The notes under the pieces: generated by a model
What the model was told of the DNA's origin: nothing
The model's input: only the letters and a program-made list of their open reading frames with translations
Database searches by the model: none
Part shown: piece by piece, positions 39,525 through 52,585 of the stretch
Layout: each line of letters opens with the position of its first letter
How positions within the stretch are numbered: position 1 is the stretch's first letter
From: Octopus bimaculoides
Lineage: Eukaryota
NCBI RefSeq assembly: GCF_001194135.2
Contig: NC_068986.1
Span: 23,928,813 to 23,985,684, forward strand
Length of the DNA stretch: 56,872 bases
Direction: 5' to 3'
Made by a program: the position numbers and the translations under genes

Positions 39525-40756
39525 AAATTTTTTTCTACAAACATAGCAGAATATTTTTCAGTCACAGTTATCCGATTTGGAGAACGTTCATAAAGAAATC
39601 CTCCACACTTACAATCCATTGTTCAGTAAAATCCACATTGAACATAGACAATAAAATATCAAATACTCCGTTTCTAATAATGATTCTTCAATTAATGCAG
39701 AGCAATTTAACCTTTGAGAAACATATCAGATCCTCTTCCTCGCTATAGAGACATATTTAAAGTATGTATCTAATCTCAAATGATGATCGCATTCCAAGAT
39801 CGCTATATCACACTCCCTTGAAATATTTCAATGGGGATAGCCATTTATGATATCTTAAGTTTTGCCGCCTTCTTTAATGATCATCGCTACGGCTCTTTCA
39901 TAAAGCTAGAGTGTTTTTGATATTTCATTCACTAAGCTGCACACCAGTTGGTGCTGGCCCTCGAGAAATTTGAGGAAAACAGTGATGTTGCCCTTGACTT
40001 GAGAAAAAATATTTGACCATGCCTGGTTTGCAAATCCCCTGGCAAAACTACTGCTTATATGAACTTTATATCATATTTACATCGACGTAGAATATGGCTT
40101 TCCGTCTGATCACATTGCTAAAAGGTATACTGAGCCGCAATTTATCAGAGCTTTATTTGTTGTGAGCATTTGACTAGGGTAAATAAATTCGACTAATTTT
40201 GAATATCACATTTGTGGCTACGTGGGTAAATGTCTAATAAGGCCGAACCAAATACTTATGAATGAAATTTGATAAATGGAATTCGTTTAGAAACGCTTCT
40301 AATATGTCGGTCCGTGGGAGGTATATTTAGGTCGTAACTTTTTCATATAAACAATTGACCGTTGGGTGACTATATTTTGCTCCACAATGTACTAAGACAT
40401 CACGTCAGCTCTCGAGCCTTACGATAACTCATTAATTACTCAAATGATTCAGTAAAAAGCTGTGGTGTTTCCTGTTTATTTCTTAAACTGAGTAACCCAA
40501 TAATCAGCAATCTGGAAACAGCCTTTATCATAGACTTACCTTCACCGATACTTACTATTCGCTTCATACTCACAACGAAAATTTATTTAGGAGTTATTTA
40601 CAGAACAAAATAGCGGAACAGGAGCATTCCCATCATCAGTAAATAGATATAGAACTAACCTTCTGTTCGCTGTACCACATGATGCGGAAACTATACTGTT
40701 TAGATCTAATCAGCGTCGAAAACACACTCACACACACGCACACACACATATACGTA

Positions 40757-40804
<48 letters not shown>

Positions 40805-41530
40805 NNNNNNNNNNNNNNNNNNNNNNNNNNNNNNNNNNNNNNNNNNNNNNNNNNNNNNNNNNNNNNNNNNNNNNNNNNNNNNNNNNNNNNNNNNNNNNNN
40901 NNNNNNNNNNNNNNNNNNNNNNNNNNNNNNNNNNNNNNNNNNNNNNNNNNNNNNNNNNNNNNNNNNNNNNNNNNNNNNNNNNNNNNNNNNNNNNNNNNNN
41001 NNNNNNNNNNNNNNNNNNNNNNNNNNNNNNNNNNNNNNNNNNNNNNNNNNNNNNNNNNNNNNNNNNNNNNNNNNNNNNNNNNNNNNNNNNNNNNNNNNNN
41101 NNNNNNNNNNNNNNNNNNNNNNNNNNNNNNNNNNNNNNNNNNNNNNNNNNNNNNNNNNNNNNNNNNNNNNNNNNNNNNNNNNNNNNNNNNNNNNNNNNNN
41201 NNNNNNNNNNNNNNNNNNNNNNNNNNNNNNNNNNNNNNNNNNNNNNNNNNNNNNNNNNNNNNNNNNNNNNNNNNNNNNNNNNNNNNNNNNNNNNNNNNNN
41301 NNNNNNNNNNNNNNNNNNNNNNNNNNNNNNNNNNNNNNNNNNNNNNNNNNNNNNNNNNNNNNNNNNNNNNNNNNNNNNNNNNNNNNNNNNNNNNNNNNNN
41401 NNNNNNNNNNNNNNNNNNNNNNNNNNNNNNNNNNNNNNNNNNNNNNNNNNNNNNNNNNNNNNNNNNNNNNNNNNNNNNNNNNNNNNNNNNNNNNNNNNNN
41501 NNNNNNNNNNNNNNNNNNNNNNNNNNNNNN

Positions 41531-41561
<31 letters not shown>

Positions 41562-42097
41562 AAAATACATGCACGTATGTATTCAAACTTATATGAGTGT
41601 GTTTGTGTGTATGCGTGAGTATGTGTGTACATCTGTGTGCGTATGCGCCTATTTATAAATTACAACTGACCCACCTTTATTTACATTTGCAACATTGACC
41701 CATCAGCTAAATCATAAAACATCGACAATCAATAAAAGCAATTCAGGGAAACATTCAGTTCAACTCCTTCCATTTAACCACTTACTTAACCCGATATAAA
41801 CACGTCAACAGCACTAACGTACCAACAATATCGTTAGTTTACATTACAGTTTTACAGCGGTTAATACTAATTGCCTTTATCAATTTTGTGCATAAAACGA
41901 ACGACCACACAGTACTCGTAGATAAGAGTCGGTGCAATGTTAACACAATACGCACTCACTAACACACGCAGACAGACACACGTACGCAACGGCACGTGTA
42001 TATAGCTATGCGTACACAAAGCCAAATACAAATGCAGGCGTACACATTAAGCACATCTCTAACTTAATTCAACAATTAGACATAGAATTCTGTTTGA

Positions 42098-42157
42098 ATT
42101 ACTGTACAACTATTAACATTACTGTACTACTATTAACATTACTGTACAACTATTAAC
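42098..42157. repeat. 20-bp minisatellite x3
   Basis: attactgtac(a/t)actattaac x3. Confidence 0.95.
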
Positions 42158-43592
42158 ATACTAAAGAACTATTATTTGCTTCTTTTTCTCCCTACTATAG
42201 GCATTCAATGTATTTGCTATCTTCTGCTAAATTCGATTATGTACCACTCACGTCTCAATTCTGGAAATTTGCTCCTTGTTTTCCAACCAATCTATTCTGA
42301 GTGATTATTCGGTTTTGTTATCTCGCAGATGATCACAATCACAGCATTTCAAAGACTCGTGCCCATCCCAAGTAACTCTGCTGACTTCGACGTCTGTGGA
42401 GGCCGAGTAATATTTGATCCAATTAAACGTCTGTAGCGTTTTGGAAGCACCATCCTGAGATATTCGAGCACATGCACTAAAGATTGTGAGATTCGATTCA
42501 CAGATTCATGAACTTACACAAATCAGAGAGGAAGAGGAGGTAAGACATAAAATAAGACTTCGTTTCCTGGAACAGCGAATGATATGGCTAACTTGTGAGA
42601 AGGAATCGTCTAGCATTCCTGTGCCTACACTACGAACGTTACGGTAGTATTCCAGGCTTCTTTGTCCTTCTCTTGTTAGAGGTACATCGATACTATAAGA
42701 AGATTACGAGAAACACCAGCTTTACGGACAGTAAAATGGTGTCGTATTTGAGAAAGAGCGGATGTGTTGTGAAAGACGTCAGCCCAGCACATCTACTGGG
42801 CACTAAATTAACGATATCAACCAAGGATTTTGGATTTCCTGCATGCAAATAGTCTAATTAGCTGTGATAAAACAGAAGGTATACAAAATTGGATAGATCT
42901 AACCAGCACAATTTCTGCATAATATGATACATTTGCATAATATGATATATATATATATATAGCTAAGCGGCTATTTTATTTGATCAGTCTAACGTGCTTG
43001 TTATAGTCGAACATCGGTGCCTACTGTTATCGCAATTTGCTTTGTTATTCAGGTGCTACATCACGGTATGATATCCCGGTATCGGAACAATGGTGACTGT
43101 AAATCACTACTAACCAGAAATTTTAGTATTATTCACAGGCATTGTTTCGGCAAGTTTTGGATTTTGAGAAACCACTGGGTAAGTGAATGCTTCAGGTCAC
43201 ATGTTGCTGTACCAGGAACGTAGAAGAGTAGTCAGTGCTTATAAATTAATACGTCAACACCATGGTCAGCTCCATATTGAAGGATTATGTGTTGTTTTGA
43301 CAAATCATGTATTGACAACGGCAAGATAATCTATCAAACCAGCGCTTACAGAAGTAAGTCCAGCTATGCCAGAATTAATGTCAGCTTTTTCTCGAACAAT
43401 GGCCTAGGTAAGTTGCTTTGGATCTTTTCCCATCCATATCTCTATATCACCTGGCTATTGCATCTTGCTGTAGGCTTCATCTCACTCTGTTTGAACATCT
43501 TTAGCGTTCTGGGAACACAGTTACCGTGGGAAAAGGGATGGTAAAAGGTGTAAAAACATATCTGCTCAGGTTCCCTGTATCTGTGATGACCA

Positions 43593-43881
43593 TTTCTGGC
43601 TCTTTAGCCTCACTCAATGGGAAATAACGAGTAGAAAAAAATTCTGGGAAGGTTCAAGGCCTTGCAGTGAATTTGCATTTAGGAATTAAAAGCTGCGACA
43701 ATCATATTTTGACTAACGTAAACTTAGTTTATTCCTAATCACTGTTTGGCACGGATGCTGTTATATTTATTCCGACCAGGTGGTCCTCGAGCGCAACTAA
43801 GTCTCTGATGTTGATTGTTTCTTGTCCCCAGGGTTACCTCTCTCAGGAATTTCCCATTGAGCAAGGCTAAAGAGCCAGAAA
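43593..43881. repeat. 33-bp inverted repeat pair (31/33 identical), 223-bp spacer
   Basis: tttctggctctttagcctcactcaatgggaaat (43593-43625) vs atttcccattgagcaaggctaaagagccagaaa (43849-43881). Confidence 0.92.
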
Positions 43882-44035
43882 CATCTGTCACGAGAAACCT
43901 ATAGGGGGAAACAGTGGGCAGATATGGTGAATTGCCCCTTTTACCATAAGAGGACATTTTTTTCTCCTCAATAATTGCAGTAAGTTTGCCTCTACAAGTT
44001 AAAAAGTCGCAAATATATTTCGAATAACGTACAGT

Positions 44036-44062
44036 TCATGTGTGTGTGCGTATGAGTGTGTA

Positions 44063-44148
<86 letters not shown>

Positions 44149-44156
44149 CGCGCGTA
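44036..44156. repeat. (GT)n microsatellite
   Basis: Directly visible. Confidence 0.95.
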
Positions 44157-45344
44157 TATATCGTATTATATACGATATGAGTTTGCTTCGTACATAATTA
44201 CAAGCCCTCAGCTGGGGGCCACTTAATTACAACGGAGATATGCATACTCAAAGATGAGAAGATATTGATTGAGTTTTACAGTATGTTTTGTCTAGAGATT
44301 TCAAATCCGAAATGTTTCGCATCTAGACGAAACTATAACCTGATATGTAAACTGTATTATTTTATATAGAATACGGTGTAATATATATATTTATTCTCTT
44401 CGAAATACTCACAAATAAAATATTCTAGACGCCAAAATTATATCAATAACCACTTTTAAACAAGAATTGTTTCTTGGTTGTCCGAAATCCTGTCTATTAA
44501 GATAAAAAAAAAACAGAATAACGCATCTAATTTTGCTGTAAACCTGTACTATATAATTTATTGTGCACTTTGGAAATATTTATTACGTTGTTCATTAACA
44601 GCCTTACGCATTTTTACGTACTTTACTTTTCATATTTATTTGGCTTGTTAAATTATTTCTCATTATTTACTAGATTTAATTAGAAAATAACTAAGATGCA
44701 TTTAAGTGCTGGAGCCCAAGTCAATACGCTTTGTAGGAATCTGATGAAGTACTGGATTGTTTAGCTTCAGTGTTCTAGAAACTTCGAAAAAGAAAGCAAA
44801 TTTTGGCTTCTCTTGTGATCATTTAAATTAGTGTCGACTTTGTCTGGTAGACACATTATATTGTATTTTTCAACAAACATAGTAATTATCCTAATATATC
44901 AGCAAAAATAACAAGAAAAATGCTTAATAGCAGCAGCAATATGAGATAACAAGAACGGCAACAACAACAACAACAACAACAAACAACAACAAAAATATTA
45001 ACAACAGTGACAGCACCAAAATCAGCAGCAGCAAGCAAGCAAGCTAGTAACATGAACAAGAAAACAAGTAAGAGAAAATATAAATTTACTCAAATTACAT
45101 TTGCGAGAAAATTAACAACGTCAATAATGAGAAAATCTTGTCGAGATTCGAGGTCATTATGGTTGGTAACATATAATGAACTATATGTCTATTATTCATG
45201 TAGATATTGAGAATGCGATATACCAGCTATGTGAGGAGATATTATTTAATTAACGGAAGAACAAAACACCAAAAATAGTTTATTTAATGATAATGGCACA
45301 CTCATACACAGCCGTATCTATACACACGCACAGAGATGCAAGTA

Positions 45345-45560
45345 GTAGCATGCATATGCATACATACAAACATATATACATACATACTTACAAACATACA
45401 TACATTCATACATGCATACATATATACATACATACATACATACATTCATACATATATACATACATACTTACAAACATACATACATGCATACATATATACA
45501 TACATACATACATTCATACATACATACATACATACATGTATACATACATATATACATACA
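45345..45560. repeat. Degenerate (CATA)n array
   Basis: Directly visible. Confidence 0.9.
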
Positions 45561-45719
45561 CGCAAGTTGATATAAATGAAAAATAGTGAATTAATATTTA
45601 AAATTTGTACGTTTTACTTTCTTTAGACGTGTATATATTCCTAACCATTAACCAAGATATGCAGACATGAGGCACGTACTCACGTGTACAAATACACGTG
45701 CGAATATATATACATACAT

Positions 45720-45756
<37 letters not shown>

Positions 45757-46441
45757 AATATATATATANNNNNNNNNNNNNNNNNNNNNNNNNNNNNNNN
45801 NNNNNNNNNNNNNNNNNNNNNNNNNNNNNNNNNNNNNNNNNNNNNNNNNNNNNNNNNNNNNNNNNNNNNNNNNNNNNNNNNNNNNNNNNNNNNNNNNNNN
45901 NNNNNNNNNNNNNNNNNNNNNNNNNNNNNNNNNNNNNNNNNNNNNNNNNNNNNNNNNNNNNNNNNNNNNNNNNNNNNNNNNNNNNNNNNNNNNNNNNNNN
46001 NNNNNNNNNNNNNNNNNNNNNNNNNNNNNNNNNNNNNNNNNNNNNNNNNNNNNNNNNNNNNNNNNNNNNNNNNNNNNNNNNNNNNNNNNNNNNNNNNNNN
46101 NNNNNNNNNNNNNNNNNNNNNNNNNNNNNNNNNNNNNNNNNNNNNNNNNNNNNNNNNNNNNNNNNNNNNNNNNNNNNNNNNNNNNNNNNNNNNNNNNNNN
46201 NNNNNNNNNNNNNNNNNNNNNNNNNNNNNNNNNNNNNNNTATATATATATATATATATATATGCACCAGCGTAGTTAGGTTCGGTAGAGGCGGTCCGACC
46301 CAGACGGCACTTTTAAAAGGGCACCACCTTTGGATCTGCTAAAGACAATATGTGTTTTTTGTGGAGTGCGGCGGTGGCACACATTCTAGCTGTGCTAGTG
46401 TATATATGCATGTATCTATATATATATATGCATGCATGTAT

Positions 46442-46493
<52 letters not shown>

Positions 46494-46574
46494 TTATTTA
46501 TTTATATAAGGGCATTACTATACAAGAATGCCTCACGATATGAGGGACTCTAAGGTCAGACTACCATAATAATA

Positions 46575-46745
46575 TGAAATCACTATGTCGCGCACATATG
46601 GTTGAGATGCATGTACCTGGCATACCCGTATGATACGGGTTGTCATAATGAGTATACTAGGCTTCGTATATTTTACACCAGTGTCACTTTGATGGCATGC
46701 GCTGCCCTCCCACTCAATAATATTTTTTTAAATAATGATAATAAT
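46575..46745 (+). mobile_element. 3' tail of a SINE/LINE-like repeat ending in (AAT)
   Basis: cactatgtcgcgcacatatggttgagatgcatgtacctgg...gtgtcactttgatggcatgcgctgccctcccactcaataat resembles an octopus repeat tail I recall; single copy here. Confidence 0.45.
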
Positions 46746-49700
46746 CATTTCTACTATTGGCACAAGGCCTGAAATTTTGTGGAGGGGCCAACTGGTATTT
46801 TATGGATTTCATGGGATGAGAGCCCTAATACATACGGTATCATTAAAGGTACTTATTTTATATTCCTAACATTCACCATATCCCTAAAATTCAATTATAT
46901 ATGAACAGTAGCGTTTCCTTTCTGGAAAACTAGATCATTACCTTTCCATTGATGAAACCATGGGTTACCCCTCAGAATTTTCTGTATGAGACCTGAACCG
47001 ACAGTTTTCCATCAATATTAATTGTCTATATATTTGTCTATAGCTATGAAGTATCAAATCGGGCACTGACAGTATTTTCTAGTTTAAATATAACTAGTTC
47101 AATTGTCTCTTAGTCCCATCAGAGATTATACCTTATTTCCTTGGAAATTATGCGCGAAAGCGAAATCTTACCGTTAGCGTTTAGTTATTTAAAAATAATT
47201 AGGATTTCATATATTAAAACAAAAACTAGAACTGCTGATCAGCGGAAGACTGCATTTAATGGAAGTACACTGTTTTCTAAAAGAATGACAATAAAAGACA
47301 GTGGCTGGCATTTTAGTCATAGGTTTGCTCTCAGGTGAAGATTTTTGACATGCCTCCATGAAGAAGACAACTGGCGCTTAGACTCTTTCATCAATACCTT
47401 CTAAATTAGAAAAAAATATTTGTCTAAATAATTACACATGAAAGTATGTGTAACCTTTTCTAGAATGTCAAAACGTGTATCAGTTTGCGTTTATTTCGCA
47501 GGTGAAAATAAAACAACTAAAAGCGTTGTGCAGAAGGAGGTTGTGTTATAGTAAGGTGTCATATTTATATCTGTTGAATAAACTGAAAATAAAACTAATT
47601 AAGAACTCAGAATGTAATACTACCTGGAGAAACAATGCTTGCAGCAATAGGAATTGAAAACATCTAACATTTATAATAAATGTAGAATAAACGCTATCAA
47701 ATAAGATGAAGAAGCAATATAACCAATATAGCGGAAGTCGTAATATAACCAAAATACAGAGTATATAAATATAAAAAACAAAACACCAGAAGAATCAAAA
47801 TTTTCTTTCAGGAAACTAGGCTTTAGTTTAATTCTACTTGCATCATAATTAATTTCCATTGCTTATTCTATTTATATATTTTTGTTTTAATTGATATCTT
47901 ATAACACCTGCCGATGAGGAACAAATAGTTTTTTTGACTCAAAGGTTAAAAAATTACGTCTAAATATAAGCAACTGTGCAGAACAAACTATAAATCATAG
48001 CGCTAGCTCTATGAAAATCATCAAGAAAGCAGTAAGAAGTCTTAAAAACAATGACGAAAAACCAACGACCATAGATCAGGAACTAATATTATAAACAAAT
48101 ATTGAAAGAAATATTTCACTATAAATGAATAAATAAATATAAATGAATATATAACAGGATGACAAACTAGAGAATAAATGTAATTTCCATTTCTGTGTTT
48201 CTACCACCAATAACAATAGCTGTGGGTGATTTAACTAAAGTTAGGTTTTCAAAAAGTTAATTATGCTGTATTTATTTTAATTTCATTCTTAGTTTCATAA
48301 TTAATTTCCATTTACAAAGTTTAATTTGAAGCATAAATTTTCTAATTTTAATTTAACAATTATAAAGATGAATATAACGAGATGTTAGGAGCAAAGGAGA
48401 AAATCACAGTGAATGCGATCTCAATACACCAAATGATAAGGGACGAAATATAGAAATAAGATTTTAACCATAGCTGAGCTGAATTACCATGGTATCTTCA
48501 TTAAAACTCAATTATTCTTTATTTAATTTTTATCACCTATAAGCAGAATTAAAATAATTAACAACCAGCAATGCAATCCCAGTTGAAGAAGTAGTATTAA
48601 TTGGCGAGAGGAATGACGCATAAATGGCAAAAATGAACGAAACCGCCAATCCAAACATATCATAAAATAGAACTACATATGCAGAACAAAGAATAAAGTT
48701 ACTTTTAATGCCGGAACAAAGAATAAAGTCGCTTTTGTTCGTAACCCCACCATTGTTACTCAAAAGGCACAAAATTAAATTAAGTCGTCATGAAGGTAAA
48801 TATGGTTTGTTTTCATTGCATTATTAATTTTACAATACACCGCAATTTCAGAAGCTTTGCATCCACCTGCTGCCTACATAGTTTTTGATTTTTTAACAAT
48901 TATAAGCAAAATTAAACAAAATATGTACATCAAAGAATACAATCACATGTACCAAGAATACATACAGAGTTACTTTCAGTGTATTTACCATAAAAAATAT
49001 TGTTCACAAAAGCTGCATAATCAACAGTAGTGGTGCATGACAAAGAAAAAATTAAAATGTTAACAACATGAAAAGAATAATGAAACTGAATAATGAGTAC
49101 TTTTCAACAAAGATGAATTCACTAGGATAAACATACATAACCAACATACAACATTAATAAATTATGAAAAATAACAAATATCATTAAAAATACAAAACAT
49201 ATAAACAACCATTACTACACTTGAACAACTAACAATGATTTCTTAGTTTTTAAACTTGCACTCTATCGACCACAACAGTCCACATTATATCTCCCTAAGG
49301 GATACAGAAATGACGCCATGTATTTGTAGAAGTAAAGTATGTAGTTATTTTTTCCTTTCGTTTTATGTTTATTTTCATAATTAATTTCAATTTCTAAACT
49401 TTCACTTCCACCTGCTGATTATCTACTTTTTGTTTTCCTTTTAAAACATGTATAAGCAATATCAATGCAAAAATATATAAAACAAATACAAGTAAAGACA
49501 AGTATATAACAGTAGAACGTAGATGAATAATGATGAAGTCTAAAAAGAAACTAACAATATAACCAAGAAACGTGAATAAGCCATCATAGAGTAATGGAGA
49601 TTAATAACCAAGACTGAATATAAAGAGCCAGGAATACAACAAAGTATATAAATATATAAAATATACTACTAAAGATGAAAACCTAACGGGTACGAAGGTA

Positions 49701-50254
49701 AAATCATAGTGTTATATTTTTTTGTTTATTATTTGTTTCACACTTCATATCTATTTATAAAGTTTTGTTTTACTATTTCACCTTCCAATTTTCAATGACG
49801 TATCATTTACAGGTGTAGAACAAATGCATTACATGAAGGGAAAATAAGAATAAAGATAATTAAGAAAGAATACAGTCACATATATCAAGCAACAAAAAAG
49901 CCAAGAGTAAAATTATAGTTGCAGGACTATGAACACTAACAAATATGTACAACCTACTCAAAAATCGATGATATCAAACCAAAGGCAGTAGATCAAGAGC
50001 TAAAATTGTAAAAACTATTGCATGTTATTATTCATATCAATTTCCACAGTTTTTCGTATATGAAGAGTTGAGATTATGATCAAAGATTAGATAGCAAATA
50101 TGATAAATTAAGTATTAAAAATGAACTTAATCCAAAGCAAAGGGCATAACTAAAAATTGTAAACCAAAAATAATTGCCGTGTAAACTTTAGTTCATACAC
50201 TATAAAAATTATAATCCACTGAGAACAAAACTGTGGTCAATTAATCATGAAAGG

Positions 50255-50465
50255 GAGATGGTGAGCTTGCAGACTCGTTTCCTACGTCGTAAAAGATGCT
50301 TCGCTGAATTTCTTCCGTGTTCTTATGTTGTGAGTTCAAATTACACCGAAATCGACTTTACATTTCATCCTTTCACGGTTAATAAAGGAAGTACCAGTTT
50401 AGTACTGGGGTCCATGCAATCGACTTGCACCTCCCATCAATATTGTTGGTCTTTTGTGAAAATTA
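50255..50465 (+). mobile_element. SINE family B, diverged, inserted in the array
   Basis: gatggtgagcttgcagactcg...gtgagttcaaattacaccgaaatcgactttacatttcatcctttc...aagtaccagtttagtactggggtc. Confidence 0.75.
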
Positions 50466-50831
50466 GAAAGAATAATTTATGATAAATATATTTCATTTTA
50501 ATAACATTTTTACTTATCATTTTATTTCACTTTCAAAAAATTCACTTGAAATACACACATTGCCTTTTATTTATCTTTCAAAATCAATATAAGGAGAAAA
50601 CGAGTCAACCCCATCTCAAGAAATCAGAATACAACAAAAGAAAATGAGCAAGATATAAAACTGGAATCTATATTTGATATGAATTTCTAGGGCATGCTCA
50701 TTTTATTCCATGGCGTTTATTATCATTCATTTCATTTTCAAGCAAACTTATCTATTTTCGCTTGTCTTCCTCTTATAACCGAGATCAATATAGCACTCAA
50801 AGATAAGTTATCCACCGTAAAAACATGAGTG

Positions 50832-51201
50832 AACAAGAGCACTCAGGGGGCGCAGATCTTCGCCAAGGCAACACTAACGTCCTCTCAACGATTAGCCAGA
50901 GATGATTTTTAAAATGACAATTTCTGAAATACACTTGACTGTGCTGACTAACGAGAATACTAAAAATGAACCCGACCGTTCTCAAGAATGAAGTACAAAA
51001 CAGGAAAAATAATCCAGAATCATTATACGGGGCCGGATCGATCCCACAATCTAATCAGGTCGTGTCAGTCACGAGGTCAGACATCCCTGAAAGTTTCATC
51101 CGAATCCATCCAGTTGTTCTTAGGATATGTTTTCCACGGACAAAGAAGCAAACAAACACGAGTGAAAACAATACCTTCGCCTTCGGTAAGGCGGAGCTAA
51201 T
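50832..51201 (+). mobile_element. Non-autonomous Helentron-like (HINE/DINE-1-type) element
   Basis: Starts aacaagagcactcaggggcgcagatcttcgccaaggc; (AAAC) tract near the end; terminates in hairpin cttcgcc-ttcggtaa-ggcggag followed by ctaa. Confidence 0.55.
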
Positions 51202-51330
51202 AAATGAGAATATTATCAAATATGATATGAATGATCAAAAACAAAGTTTAATATTGGAGAGTTACTGAAATATAAATAACCAAGGATACAGAAGAAAGAC
51301 TAACAATACAAGCAAAATATCAAGCAATCA

Positions 51331-51520
51331 TTCTTTCTACCAAATCACAAGGCTTGAAATTTTGGGGAAGGGAAATTCTAATAAGTAGACTCCATTACTC
51401 GACTGGTATTTAATTTAGCGAATCCGCGACAGAATTTGAATTCGAAATGAATGTAAGACTGAAGAAATGCTGCCAAACATTTTGTCCAGCGTGCGTACAA
51501 CTCTGCTAGTTCGCCGCCTT
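51331..51520 (-). mobile_element. SINE family B, diverged
   Basis: cacaaggcttgaaattttgggg...actggtatttaatt...cagaatttgaattcgaaatg...ctctgctagttcgccgcctt. Confidence 0.8.
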
Positions 51521-52239
51521 CAAACATTATTAGGTAAAGGATGAAAAAAATTGATAGAATGACAAAGTAACATATAGGAAAACCTAACTCTATAATTAAA
51601 TATTTATAACACAGAATGTAATTAAACATACAGTATCAAAACCATATAATATTAATTTCATTGCATCTGCCAAATATATTTCTAGCTATAACGGACAGAA
51701 TTTAACTCTTATTAAATGCAAATATATATTATTTATTATAATTATATTATTCATTTCATACATAAATTCAGTACCGAAACATTAACTTTCTGTTTCCGAT
51801 TTCCTAGTTTTAAGTATCGTATGTAGTTCTATATCAAACATGTGCAAGCATAAACATCACTGAAGCTGAAGAAGTGAGATTACCGCAAAAAATATTCAAC
51901 CGAATGTGACAACAAAGCAACATTGTAATGAAAAGTATAACCAAACTTGATATTAATATCCAAGAATAACGAGTAATAACTAAGCATATAGTGAAATATA
52001 AACAAAATTATAATCACTGCAGAACTATTAAGAAAATGATTTATGAAGTAAGAAATACTGGAAATGAATCAATGGGCAATGATGAATGCTAACTGGGATA
52101 CATTTTATACGATGGAATTTCTTTCATTTTTAGTTTCATACTTCATTTGCTTGCTATTGAAATATCCATTTTATATCCTGGTTTTGTATTTTCAGGTTTT
52201 AACACTAAATGATGTAACATCACACTAGAATACACAAGA

Positions 52240-52585
<346 letters not shown>

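Noticed and set aside
40636-41632. Longest ORFs in the track (280-316 aa) and similar X-filled ORFs
   Set aside because: They span N-gaps; no real codons
42098-42157. 20-bp x3 and 49-bp x2 (25364) direct repeats as CRISPR
   Set aside because: No spacers, no cas genes, eukaryotic context
47905-47945. ccgatgag (47910) and ctgattat (49415) as hammerhead cores of a retrozyme array
   Set aside because: Each deviates from CUGANGA and lacks a stem II-GAAA; not conserved across units
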